A stretch of DNA of 64,000 bases from Terriglobales bacterium (GCA_035493765.1 DATJHT010000141.1:1249-65248); one strand, 5' to 3'; counted from the first letter of the stretch, positions 18,876 through 28,131 are shown. The notes: generated from the sequence alone by a model not told the origin. Translations and numbers: made by a program.

Positions 18876-19316
18876 CTAACGGTTCACTGCAAATTGAGGC
18901 GTAGCCGCATTGCGGGCCGGAGTTGTTTCTACTGCTCCTTCGCGAACGCGAGTCAGTTGCGACAGGGTGAAAGCTGCGATTGCAATCTCCACATCGCGCA
19001 TGGCCAGGTCGTAAAACATTCCCGTGGTGAGTAGGTTGACCACAATCCCAAGCAGCCACGCGGTTACCACATACGCTCCGAGCTTGGTAAACCGGCTCAA
19101 AACCACGATTCCAGCAATGATCTCAATCACGCCCACGACGTGCATCAAGGTTGCCGGGGATACCGGTACAGTCTTTGTCGCCAACGGACTCAGATACATT
19201 GTCCAGTCCGTCAGCTTGTTAAAGAACTTGTCCACTCCGGTAATGATCGGACCCACGCCAAGGCCGATTCTTAAGGCCCACCAGGGAAGCCCCAGCCGTT
19301 TGTCAAAGTTGTCCAT
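18876..19316 (-). CDS. DoxX-like integral membrane protein
   Basis: 146 aa with about 4 hydrophobic helices (WWALRIGLGVGPIITG, HVVGVIEIIAGIVVL, AYVVTAWLLGIVVNLL, IAIAAFTL). Confidence 0.6.
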   Translation of the reverse strand: MDNFDKRLGLPWWALRIGLGVGPIITGVDKFFNKLTDWTMYLSPLATKTVPVSPATLMHVVGVIEIIAGIVVLSRFTKLGAYVVTAWLLGIVVNLLTTGMFYDLAMRDVEIAIAAFTLSQLTRVREGAVETTPARNAATPQFAVNR

Positions 19317-19435
19317 TTTTGCCCTCTATCGAAAAGAGCCGTCAAGTTCGAATCGGTTACACGCGACCGGGCTGGAAGCCAGGCAAGGGCGTTGTAACCT
19401 TTTCCGGCGCAGGCGATCTATCCTTAAAGGGCCAT

Positions 19436-20119
19436 ATGGAGATAGGCAGCACTCTCGAAGCGCTTAATTCCGATCAGTTGACCGACGAAGAAGTTGTGGA
19501 ACGGGTCAAAGCAGGCCAGACGCCGCTCTATGAGATCATCATGCGCCGCTATAATCAGCGGCTCTATCGGGTGGCGCGTGCGATTTTGCGTGACGACTCC
19601 GAGGCAGAGGATGTAATGCAGGACGCATATGTCCGCGCCTATCAGAATTTGCACCAGTTCGCGGGAAAGGCGCCGTTCTCCACCTGGCTGACGCGCATTG
19701 CAGTGAATGAATCGCTCGGTCGTCTTAAACTTCGCAAGCGGATCGACCAACTGGACGAAAATGAAGAAACAGGAGGATTTGCTATGGGCCTGACGGAAAG
19801 CGGACCTGATCCGGAAGCCAATGCGTCCGTCAGAGAACTCAGTCAACTCCTTGAGGACGCGCTGCTCCAGCTTCCCGAACAATATCGAACCGTGGTGATG
19901 ATGCGCGACGTGGAAGAGATGAACACCTCTGAAACCGCGGCCGCTCTCGATCTGACCGAGGAAAATGTAAAGGTACGCTTGCACCGAGGCCGGCTGATGG
20001 TTCGTAACTGGCTCATGGAACGAGTTGGCACCAGTAGCAAGAAGGCTTTCCCGTTCATGGGCGAGCGCTGCGATCGCGTAGTCGCCGCGGTATTTTCAAA
20101 GATCAGCCCGCAGGACTAG
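19436..20119 (+). CDS. ECF-type RNA polymerase sigma factor
   Basis: Region 2 (YNQRLYRVARAILRDDSEAEDVMQDAYVRAYQNLHQF...FSTWLTRIAVNE) and region 4 (LPEQYRTVVMMRDVEEMNTSETAAALDLTEENVKVRLHRGR). The TTG 19319 start in the track would abut the divergent gene, so I prefer ATG 19436. Confidence 0.85.
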   Translation: MEIGSTLEALNSDQLTDEEVVERVKAGQTPLYEIIMRRYNQRLYRVARAILRDDSEAEDVMQDAYVRAYQNLHQFAGKAPFSTWLTRIAVNESLGRLKLRKRIDQLDENEETGGFAMGLTESGPDPEANASVRELSQLLEDALLQLPEQYRTVVMMRDVEEMNTSETAAALDLTEENVKVRLHRGRLMVRNWLMERVGTSSKKAFPFMGERCDRVVAAVFSKISPQD

Positions 20120-20148
20120 CCACCCCCCTATTGTGTACCAGCCCATCA

Positions 20149-20184
20149 CCCCGTCCAAGCATTGCCCGGACGGGGTTTCTGTTG
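20149..20184 (+). terminator. terminator of the ECF sigma gene
   Basis: CCCCGTCC (20149-20156) pairs with GGACGGGG (20168-20175), followed by TTTCTGTT. Confidence 0.7.
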
Positions 20185-20195
20185 AAGTCCCCGTT

Positions 20196-21539
20196 CTACA
20201 AACTCTCCAGATACTGAACCAGGTCCTGTTTCTGCTGCTGGGTCAGGTGCAATCCTTTGAACGAGTCATAGTGGTTGACTACATCCATCAGTGTGGCGAA
20301 GCGACCATCGTGATAAAAACCGCCCTTGGTGTGCGTCCACAGGCCTTTTAGTGGGGAGGTGCGATAGCGATCATCTGGCGAGCGACGGGCCTGGAAATCA
20401 TCGATGCCGATTTCCTGCGCGGTGTGCATGTTCCATCCTGGCTCGGTGAATAGCGGCGGCACGTGACAACTGGAGCACTGCGCGGCTCCGTTGAAAACTT
20501 CTTTGCCCCGACGCGCCGCCTCATGATTAAAGCTGTTTTGCGGAGGTCGGGGAGCATCGATAGCCAGCTGATAAAAATGGAGCTCCGCCAGGCGAGGAGT
20601 GATTAAGTCCACCTCATGCCGCACATTATCAAAGCCATTCTGTGCGGCAACCGGGAACTTCACCGGATCGGCGAGCCGCGGATCGAAAAATGTTCCCTGG
20701 CCGTGCATTTCAAGGTTAGCGACGAAAGCATTCCAATAAGTGACCGAACCCCAGCCAGTCCAGGTGTGCAGGTTGAATCCCGCCAAGCCAAATGCAGGAG
20801 GAATCAATGTGGCGCCAGACTTGCTGCCGTTGAATGCCTTACCATCCATAAATAATTCTGCATCGAACTTTCCAGGGCCCCAGCTGTTCAGAACAGTCCG
20901 AACTGTATTCTGATCGACTCCGAGCACCTTGGCCACACTGCTGATATCTGGAGAAAGGTTAACGATCGCGCCGACATTCAAGTCACGATTCGCCCACCCG
21001 TCCAACCGGTGCCCGATGCCGGGCGCAAAGGAGTTATCCACCGTCGAGTGACATAGCGCGCATTGAATTCCGACGCTTTTCAGTGTCCCCGAATTGTTGA
21101 AGAAACCCGTTATCCCGACGACGGAATTCAGTTTCAGCAACGCGAGCGTAGTCGCCGGATCCTGCAGATTCACTTTTCCAGCTTTCAAAGCCTGGATTAC
21201 GGAGTCGGGCAGAGCGTCGACATCCACTTTCAGCCCAACTGCGAGGGCAGTAGCAGGGTCGACACCAGGGCCGACGCCTCCGAGTTTCTGCCCTTCGATT
21301 GCTTTGTGGAGTTGAAGCGATCCGCCCCAAAATTTCTGATCGCCAAAGGTGTCAAAGCGGAACGTAGTTCGACCATGCTCGATCATTTCCAACGCATGGA
21401 TTTCAGTCGTGTGATTTTTTTCTTCGCGCCTGTCCCCCGAATTGGAAGCGGAGACCTTTTGTAGTGCGCGTGACGAAAGGAGTGCGATACCAGAAGATGC
21501 TACAGATGCAACCAGCACAACAGCAAGTAAACGGTTCAT
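20196..21539 (-). CDS. di-haem cytochrome c, CCP/MauG-like
   Basis: It has a signal peptide and two CxxCH motifs (CALCH, CSSCH). The C-terminal PLKGLW...YHDGRFATLMDVVNHY resembles the conserved end of the di-haem cytochrome c peroxidase/MauG family. Confidence 0.75.
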   Translation of the reverse strand: MNRLLAVVLVASVASSGIALLSSRALQKVSASNSGDRREEKNHTTEIHALEMIEHGRTTFRFDTFGDQKFWGGSLQLHKAIEGQKLGGVGPGVDPATALAVGLKVDVDALPDSVIQALKAGKVNLQDPATTLALLKLNSVVGITGFFNNSGTLKSVGIQCALCHSTVDNSFAPGIGHRLDGWANRDLNVGAIVNLSPDISSVAKVLGVDQNTVRTVLNSWGPGKFDAELFMDGKAFNGSKSGATLIPPAFGLAGFNLHTWTGWGSVTYWNAFVANLEMHGQGTFFDPRLADPVKFPVAAQNGFDNVRHEVDLITPRLAELHFYQLAIDAPRPPQNSFNHEAARRGKEVFNGAAQCSSCHVPPLFTEPGWNMHTAQEIGIDDFQARRSPDDRYRTSPLKGLWTHTKGGFYHDGRFATLMDVVNHYDSFKGLHLTQQQKQDLVQYLESL

Positions 21540-21597
21540 TTCTCCTCCACACTCGGAAGGAGCGAGAAGGAGTCAGCTGGTTACGCGGCGGGATGCG

Positions 21598-21635
21598 ATT
21601 TTACAAAATGAAGAAACGGATTTTACAAAATGAAC
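21598..21635. repeat. tandem 16-bp direct repeat GATTTTACAAAATGAA x2 (22-bp register)
   Basis: Exact copies at 21598-21613 and 21620-21635, lying 59-96 bp upstream of the di-haem cytochrome gene start. Confidence 0.7.
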
Positions 21636-21711
21636 ATCCGCCGGATGAGCTCAGGCTCGCAGCAAGGCTTAAGAGTTTGTAACCAGCACAGTTTGACACA
21701 GACCCAAAAGC

Positions 21712-23631
21712 CTAAGGTGATGTTGGGGGCGGATTGACGAAGCACGCGGACTGCGGCAAGACCGTCTGCGCCGGAAGCGTTGTGGGGGGCACCTGCCAGT
21801 TTCGGTTTACGAAATCAAAGAATCCATTCGTCGGATCATCCATAGCCGGCTGCGCCTGATCGCGCGCAGTCAGATTGCTCAAGCCAAATCGTGTTTCGAT
21901 CAACTTGAGAATCGCCGTATGGTCACTTACCTGGTGAGAGACGAAATTTTTCCTGGCAAACGGTGATATCAAAATGAATGGCACACGATAACCAGTAACG
22001 GTGAAATCGCAAACAGGACTGGCGCTGGGGGTGCCGAAGCAAGGGTCGTTCGGAAACAAATCCAAGGGAGGGATTCCATCGGGACTCACAGCCGGTTGTG
22101 GCGGCACGTGATCATAGAAGCCACCGGGTTCGTCAAACATAAATATGAACGCTGAGTCTGCCCAACTCGGGCCGGCGGTGCAAGAACTCGTAGGTGGGCC
22201 GTTCTGGCCGCACATCACAGCGTTGATCAGGGTCGAAACAAAATTAGCTCCCGCCTGGATAGTGCAGCACGCGGGCTGCCCGGGAGGCGGATCGTTGTCC
22301 TCCGGATGCTCATCGAGACCGGCAGATGAGGCAGGTTCGATTTGCGCCACCTGCGGCAATGTGCCATTGATCGCATCCGTGAAGAATTGCGAAATATTTA
22401 CCACGTTCTGAGAATACTGGCTGGCATTGGCCTTCATCTGCGCGCCGAATGCGAAATCATGAATGTAGCTTTGGCTGATGAGACAAGCGGTGTCGTTGGG
22501 CGTGTTCTCGCAGGGAGTGCCCACCGGGTCTACATAAATCCGCCACGAGATGCCAGCGCTTTGCAGTTCCTCATAAATCGTCTTCGCAGGAATCAACGGA
22601 GCATCGGCCGGTGGGTTCGATCCCCGTTGGTAGACATATCCGCCTGAAGTGGCGGCGATCATGAATTCGCGGTTTGGCGGTGTGCGCGTCATGACCGGAG
22701 CAAACCAGGAATCAGAAGTGGCGAACGTGGATGCCAGCGCATAGTAGTAGTTCAGGTCGCTGCCATCGTAATAGCCCATCGCGCGAATTCCGTCCAAATC
22801 GAAAAATGGCGCCGGGTTCCCTAGACTGTCCAGGTGTTGGCGGCTGTCGTTGGCGGCAGCGTCAACGAAACCGTCAAGCGTGGGGGTTGGGGAATCAGGA
22901 GTATGCACGTTCCAGCCGCGGTGCGCTTCCGCCCATGACGGGCTCGGATTCTCTACGCACATACTTTGAAAATGAAACGTCTGAACTGCGGGGCTGAAAG
23001 GATTGATCTGGCAAAACAAATCGTTGGGATAAGGGAACGCGGGATCGCAGCCCGGATTGGTCGGATTCGGTCCCGCGGCGGGATCTCCGGCAGGGTTGAA
23101 CTGCGGAAGGCCGTTGAACGGCTGGTCGCGAAATCCGTTTTGTAACCAGTATTGGCGCAAGGCGCCGAAATAGCTGTCGAAAGAGCGGTTCTCCTGCGCA
23201 ATGAAAATGATGTGGTTGATACTCTGCAGAGTGGCGGTGAACCTGGCAGTAACGGCACTGCCATCAATGTTCACAGTGCAATTGGTGCCCGATGCCATGC
23301 AGCCTGTCCAACCGCCAAAGCCGAAGCTGCTGTTAGCGGGTGTCGCCGTAAGGACCACGTTGGGGTGACCAGTGAAACTTGCCGAGCACGTCCCTGGACA
23401 ATTAATGCCGGCGGGACTGCTGATGACAGTGCCGCTTCCGGCCCCGTCAACGGTAACCGTCAGTTGCGAAACACCCTTCACCAGGCCCTGGCATCCGCCC
23501 AGCGCAACAACGAGCACTGCACTGGCAGCGCTCGCCAAAAATCTGCAACTAGTCGAGGAGAGGTTTTTCAAGCAGAGACTTGGATGAAGTTTTAGCAGAA
23601 CAGGTTGGTTGAGTATGGCTCCTGAGCGCAC
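21712..23631 (-). CDS. phosphoesterase family protein (phospholipase C / AcpA-like acid phosphatase), probable lipoprotein
   Basis: IFIAQENRSFDSYFG hallmark motif. Lipobox-like VVALGGC near the N-terminus. 639 aa. The GTG start is uncertain. Confidence 0.8.
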   Translation of the reverse strand: MRSGAILNQPVLLKLHPSLCLKNLSSTSCRFLASAASAVLVVALGGCQGLVKGVSQLTVTVDGAGSGTVISSPAGINCPGTCSASFTGHPNVVLTATPANSSFGFGGWTGCMASGTNCTVNIDGSAVTARFTATLQSINHIIFIAQENRSFDSYFGALRQYWLQNGFRDQPFNGLPQFNPAGDPAAGPNPTNPGCDPAFPYPNDLFCQINPFSPAVQTFHFQSMCVENPSPSWAEAHRGWNVHTPDSPTPTLDGFVDAAANDSRQHLDSLGNPAPFFDLDGIRAMGYYDGSDLNYYYALASTFATSDSWFAPVMTRTPPNREFMIAATSGGYVYQRGSNPPADAPLIPAKTIYEELQSAGISWRIYVDPVGTPCENTPNDTACLISQSYIHDFAFGAQMKANASQYSQNVVNISQFFTDAINGTLPQVAQIEPASSAGLDEHPEDNDPPPGQPACCTIQAGANFVSTLINAVMCGQNGPPTSSCTAGPSWADSAFIFMFDEPGGFYDHVPPQPAVSPDGIPPLDLFPNDPCFGTPSASPVCDFTVTGYRVPFILISPFARKNFVSHQVSDHTAILKLIETRFGLSNLTARDQAQPAMDDPTNGFFDFVNRNWQVPPTTLPAQTVLPQSACFVNPPPTSP

Positions 23632-23770
23632 GTATATGCCTGAACGGGCGATGCTAACTTGTGTAGGAAGGTGCTATTCTGGGGCCTCAATGACGCACGC
23701 ACACATTCAGGAACTCGCATCTAACTTCTGGGTTTAAACATTTACGGTTTTTTCGCAAGGGAACGACAGC

Positions 23771-24781
23771 ATGAAGGCTTGTTTGTTCGCAATCCGCACT
23801 TTCGGTATTGCAGCTGTATTGCTGGCTTGCAGCGGGAACGTGCTGGCTCAAGCTTGTTTTACAGCAGACGATATGGACGCGGCGACGCGCTCGGCTCTGC
23901 AAGCCGCCGCCACCCGGTACTTCGATATGGCATCACGTGGAGATGCAGCGTCGCTGAAACAGAATTCCATTCCTGCGGTAGCGAATGACTTTGCGGGAAT
24001 CGAAAACACCATCAAGGAAAATCAGGCGAACTTTTCGGGTGCGCATGCGACTGCACGGCCTCCATTTCTGCTGAAGGCGGAGGGCACTGCGCCACTACCG
24101 AAAGCGGAATTCTTGTGCGGCGTTTTCGACGCGCGTGGACAGACAAAGAACAGCGCCGAGTTTGTCATTCCCAATCTTCCGCCGGGAAGCTACGGCGTCG
24201 TTATACTCGACGTCTCCGCACAGAATGCAGCTTACACAGTTTCGTTTGTCCTGCAGCAGCAGGGAACGGATTGGAAAATCGGGGGCTTTTACCCCAAGCC
24301 TGCAACCATCGACGGCCATGACAGCAGTTGGTTCATCACCCAGGCAAACGCCTACAAGGCCAAGGGCCAGAATCACAACGCGTGGCTTTACTTTCTGCAA
24401 GGCCGGGACCTGGCGATGCCAGTGCCGTTCATGTACACGCAAGCGACCGACAAATTGTATGAACAGGCGCAATCGGCAAAGCCTTCCGACTTCCCGGTCG
24501 ATGGAAATACCACCGACCTGACCGCGGCCGGCGGCAAAACGTACAAGCTCACCGCCATCTTTCCGCTGACCGTGGGCAAAGACTTCGACCTGGTGGTGAG
24601 ATACCAGAACCCTGACGTATCGAATTCAGGGCAGACGTTTCAAGAAAATATGAATGTGATGAGGACCCTATTGACGAAATTTCCTGAACTCCGCGACGCG
24701 TTCGCCGGCATCGTGGTTCGAGCGGTACCGCCTGCCGGGCAGGATTATGGCTCGATGATGCCGATGAAGGATATCAAGTAA
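23771..24781 (+). CDS. hypothetical secreted protein
   Basis: 336-aa ORF with signal peptide MKACLFAIRTFGIAAVLLACSGNVLAQA. Confidence 0.6.
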   Translation: MKACLFAIRTFGIAAVLLACSGNVLAQACFTADDMDAATRSALQAAATRYFDMASRGDAASLKQNSIPAVANDFAGIENTIKENQANFSGAHATARPPFLLKAEGTAPLPKAEFLCGVFDARGQTKNSAEFVIPNLPPGSYGVVILDVSAQNAAYTVSFVLQQQGTDWKIGGFYPKPATIDGHDSSWFITQANAYKAKGQNHNAWLYFLQGRDLAMPVPFMYTQATDKLYEQAQSAKPSDFPVDGNTTDLTAAGGKTYKLTAIFPLTVGKDFDLVVRYQNPDVSNSGQTFQENMNVMRTLLTKFPELRDAFAGIVVRAVPPAGQDYGSMMPMKDIK

Positions 24782-24843
24782 CCAAAACTGCTGCCGGTCA
24801 ATCGCATGCTACACTCTGACAACTCATTCAGAGTAGGTGCAGA

Positions 24844-26085
24844 ATGGTTAGCACGATGGCGCCATCAGCCCTCGCGCCCGCGGCGGCAAGGGTCGCCCAG
24901 TTCAACACACAGCTTCAGCGCGTCGTCTCGATAGACGTTCTGCGCGGCCTGGTCATGGTGGTCATGGCCCTCGACCACACGCGGGACTTCTTCACCAATG
25001 TGCCCTTCGCGACTGAGGACGTTGCGCACACCTACGCAGCGCTGTTTTTCACTCGATTCATCACTCATTACTGCGCACCTGTATTTTCGTTTTTAGCCGG
25101 AACGGGCGCTTATCTCGCGACCCGGCGCGGCAAGACCATTCAACAGGTGTCGTGGTTTTTCTTGACGCGCGGACTATGGCTGGTACTGCTCGAGATAACT
25201 ATCGTGGATTTTTCGTGGACTTTTATCCCTTGGGCAGCTGCGGGAGTGATTTGGATTCTCGGATGGAGCATGGTGTGCATGGCACTTATCGTTCGCTTGC
25301 CGGTCCGCTGGATTGCCGTTTTCGGGGTGGGCATGATTGCCGCGCACAATCTGCTTGATCGCATTAACCCGGCATCGTTCGGGAAACTTTATTGGGTATG
25401 GATGTTGCTTCACTCGCCGGGGCAGATCCCGGTCACTGCGCACTTCAAATTCGATGCCCTGTACGTATTGATTCCGTGGGTTGGGGTCATGGCTGCCGGA
25501 TTCGCATTTGGGACGATTCTGGAAAGGCCGGACCGGAGAAAGGTGATTCTTACGCTGGGCACTTCGATGACGGCGCTCTTCCTGTTGCTGCGCGGCTTCA
25601 ATCTCTATGGAAATGGCGTGGCCGGGTACCCATATTCGGTTGGGCACTGGAATGTGCAGCCTTCAGTTTCGTCCAGCGTTATTTCGTTTCTCAATACTGA
25701 GAAATATCCTCCTTCGCTGGATTATCTGCTGATGACGCTAGGGCCGGCGCTGATCCTGCTTGGACTACTGGACAACAGCAAAGCGGAGCGGGGATTGAGC
25801 CGAGTGCTGCTCGTCTATGGGCGAGTACCGATGTTTTATTACATTTTGCATATCTACTTGATTCATATTCTGGCAATTCTGGCGGCGGTCGCGACCCATC
25901 AGCCGGCAAGCTGGCTCTGGCATGGCGCCATATTCCTGCTGCCCACGCCGGCAGGTTACGGACACGGATTGCCGTTTATCTACGCAATATGGCTTGTAGC
26001 CGTCGCCAGCCTTTATCCCGCATGCCGCTGGTATATGGAGTTCAAACAGCAACACCGCGATTGGGCGTGGCTGAGCTATCTGTAA
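24844..26085 (+). CDS. DUF1624-type (heparan-alpha-glucosaminide N-acetyltransferase-like) membrane protein
   Basis: RVVSIDVLRGLVMVVMALDHTRDFF N-terminal motif and about 10 hydrophobic segments. Confidence 0.7.
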   Translation: MVSTMAPSALAPAAARVAQFNTQLQRVVSIDVLRGLVMVVMALDHTRDFFTNVPFATEDVAHTYAALFFTRFITHYCAPVFSFLAGTGAYLATRRGKTIQQVSWFFLTRGLWLVLLEITIVDFSWTFIPWAAAGVIWILGWSMVCMALIVRLPVRWIAVFGVGMIAAHNLLDRINPASFGKLYWVWMLLHSPGQIPVTAHFKFDALYVLIPWVGVMAAGFAFGTILERPDRRKVILTLGTSMTALFLLLRGFNLYGNGVAGYPYSVGHWNVQPSVSSSVISFLNTEKYPPSLDYLLMTLGPALILLGLLDNSKAERGLSRVLLVYGRVPMFYYILHIYLIHILAILAAVATHQPASWLWHGAIFLLPTPAGYGHGLPFIYAIWLVAVASLYPACRWYMEFKQQHRDWAWLSYL

Positions 26086-26201
26086 ATTGTTCAGCTTACC
26101 CGCACCAAGCTCACTAACTCTATGTTCCGCAGTGAACTTGACCTTAATTCAAGCTTCTGTTGCACTTACAAAAAGCCATATTTCTGCATCCTAGGAATGC
26201 T

Positions 26202-27056
26202 ATGAAAAACCTTTGTACCCGTATTCTGCCATTTATTTTGGGCGCAGGCCTGTTCACAGCGATGCCGGCCCTGGCCGTGAACCGCGAAATGGTCGAACTG
26301 CAAACCCAGGTACAGCAACTGCAGGACCAGATCACGAACATCAAACAATCGCTTGACGAGCGCATGGGCGTGATCAAGAACCTGCTGGATCAGAACACCG
26401 ACAGCATTAACAAAGTGACGGCCGCCATCAGCAATATGCAGGTCTCGCTCCAGAAGCAGCAGAGTGACACCACCAATCACGTGGACCAGTTATCCGGGCA
26501 ATTGCAGTCGCTTAACGATAGCCTGGATGAACTGAAAGCGCGGCTGGGAAAGGTGACCAAGACACTCGAAGACCTGCAAACTTCGCAGCAGACTCTGGCC
26601 GCGCAGGCCAGCCAGCAGGCGCAGGCACAACAGCAGCAGCAGGCGGCATTGGCGGTGCCACCGCCGGATGTGCTCTATAACAACGCTCTGCGTGATTACA
26701 CCGGCGGCAACGTCGATCTGGCCAAGCAGGAGTTTGGCGACTATGTAAAGAATTATCCGAATACAGATCTTGCCGGCAACGCTTATTTTTATCTTGCAGA
26801 ATTGGATTACCGCGCTGCCAACTATGCGGAAGCGATCAAACAGTACGATCAGGTGCTGCAGAGTTTTCCTGATGGGAACAAGGCAGCATCAGCCGAATTG
26901 AAAAAGGGGTTCGCACAACTGGAATCCGGCCAGAAAGACGCGGGCATCACGACGCTCAGGCATGTGGTGCAACGCTATCCGCGATCGAATGAAGCGCTCC
27001 AGGCAAAAGATCGGCTGAGGAAGTTGGGGGCGAGCAGCGCGAGTACGAGGGGTTAG
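26202..27056 (+). CDS. cpoB: Tol-Pal system protein YbgF/CpoB
   Basis: Signal peptide, then a long coiled coil (VELQTQVQQLQDQITNIKQSLDE...) with a Q/A-rich linker. The C-terminal TPR-like module (YNNALRDYTGGNVDLAKQEFGDYVKNYPNTDLAGNAYFYLAE...) completes the classic YbgF layout. Confidence 0.75.
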   Translation: MKNLCTRILPFILGAGLFTAMPALAVNREMVELQTQVQQLQDQITNIKQSLDERMGVIKNLLDQNTDSINKVTAAISNMQVSLQKQQSDTTNHVDQLSGQLQSLNDSLDELKARLGKVTKTLEDLQTSQQTLAAQASQQAQAQQQQQAALAVPPPDVLYNNALRDYTGGNVDLAKQEFGDYVKNYPNTDLAGNAYFYLAELDYRAANYAEAIKQYDQVLQSFPDGNKAASAELKKGFAQLESGQKDAGITTLRHVVQRYPRSNEALQAKDRLRKLGASSASTRG

Positions 27057-27068
27057 GGGCTCGCTTTA

Positions 27069-27240
27069 TCACGTTCGAAAACTCAGTTCCAGATATGAAC
27101 AGATACGGGGCTGTCCGCTTGGTCGCGGGTGGAATTTCCATTCTGTGACGGCGTCAACCGTCTTTGAGTCAAGGGCTTTCCCTGGAGTTCGACGACTTTC
27201 ACCTCGTGCCGGATCCCTTCGGCCCCAACAATCGTACTGA
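27069..27240 (-). pseudogene. TonB C-terminal domain remnant (frameshifted, N-terminally truncated)
   Basis: Reading the minus strand, one frame gives TIVGAEGIRHEVKVVELQGK. An adjacent frame continues ALDSKTVDAVTEWKFHPRPSGQPRICSYLELSF then stop. Joined near 27180, the two read like the last ~55 aa of a TonB C-domain (...LD..A..AV..WKF.P...G.P). No N-terminal part exists because rfbD ends at 27256. Confidence 0.3.
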
Positions 27241-27255
27241 GAGTCGACATTCAGA

Positions 27256-28125
27256 TCAAAATCCGCCGATTTCCCGTCCGAGCGAGAGGTCCTGATCTCG
27301 GCTTGCGAGATATTCCTCCAGAGTAGCCTGCCAAGGTCGCAATTCAATTCCATAGGCATTTAGGCTGGCTGGAGAGAGCACGGAAAATTTGGGCCGTTCG
27401 GCAGGCCGGACAAACTCGTCGCTGGTGGTGGGACGGACGCGTGTGGCCTTCCCGGCTTGACGAAGGATTTCGGCGGCAAAGTCAAACCATGTGCAGTCTC
27501 CACGATTGGTGCAATGCACGATTCCCCGGGCATCGGCACGGCAGAGTCTTATGATGGCGTCGGCAAGGTCGCGGGTGTAGGTGGGAGATCCACGCTGATC
27601 GTTCACAACTTTAATTTGCGGCCGAGCGTCTGCGAGCTTCAGTATTGTGTCTGGAAAACACTTGCCCCCCGCGCCAAAAAGCCAGGAGGTGCGGACAATG
27701 CAATATTCCGGCAAAACGCTTGCGATCTTTTGTTCGGCTTCGGCTTTCGATCTGCCATAAGCGTTTATCGGGTTGCGTGGGTCGGTAACTTCGTAAGGCG
27801 ACGCTTTCTTTCCATCAAATACGTAATCGGTGCTGACGAAAAGGAGTTTCGATTGCACGCGGGCTGCGGCCTTGGCGACGTTAACCGCACCTTGCGTATT
27901 GATAGATGAAGCGAGAGTCGGATTGATTTCGCAACCATCAACGTCGGTGTAAGCCGCCGCGAGCACGATCCAATCCGGCTTCGCAGCTTCTATTACTGTG
28001 CTGACTTGCTCGGGATTGCGCAGATCGGCTTGCGCGCTGCCGAGTCCTATAATCTCGTCTTCGCGCCACTGGCTCATGAGCGCGGTCCCGAGCATTCCAG
28101 TTGCGCCAAAGATCAGAGCCCGCAT
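27256..28125 (-). CDS. rfbD: dTDP-4-dehydrorhamnose reductase
   Basis: MRALIFGATGMLGTAL Rossmann start, AAAYTDVDGCE, STDYVFDG and YGRSKAEAE motifs. Confidence 0.88.
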   Translation of the reverse strand: MRALIFGATGMLGTALMSQWREDEIIGLGSAQADLRNPEQVSTVIEAAKPDWIVLAAAYTDVDGCEINPTLASSINTQGAVNVAKAAARVQSKLLFVSTDYVFDGKKASPYEVTDPRNPINAYGRSKAEAEQKIASVLPEYCIVRTSWLFGAGGKCFPDTILKLADARPQIKVVNDQRGSPTYTRDLADAIIRLCRADARGIVHCTNRGDCTWFDFAAEILRQAGKATRVRPTTSDEFVRPAERPKFSVLSPASLNAYGIELRPWQATLEEYLASRDQDLSLGREIGGF

Positions 28126-28131
28126 TTCGTC

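Noticed and set aside
19319-19435. Extended TTG start for the ECF sigma gene, giving the 266-aa version
   Set aside because: It would begin 2 nt from the divergent DoxX-like start codon. The extra 39 aa have no sigma-like sequence. ATG 19436 has an AAGGG RBS.
26590-26660. Gln/Ala-rich repeat (QASQQAQAQQQQQAA) in the 26202-27056 ORF
   Set aside because: This is a low-complexity linker between the coiled coil and the TPR module, common in YbgF/CpoB. It is not a separate feature.
27069-27359. 96-aa ORF from the track taken as an intact gene
   Set aside because: Its 5' third overlaps the 3' end of rfbD and has no motif. Only the 3' part looks TonB-like, and that requires a frameshift, so I treated it as a pseudogene remnant.
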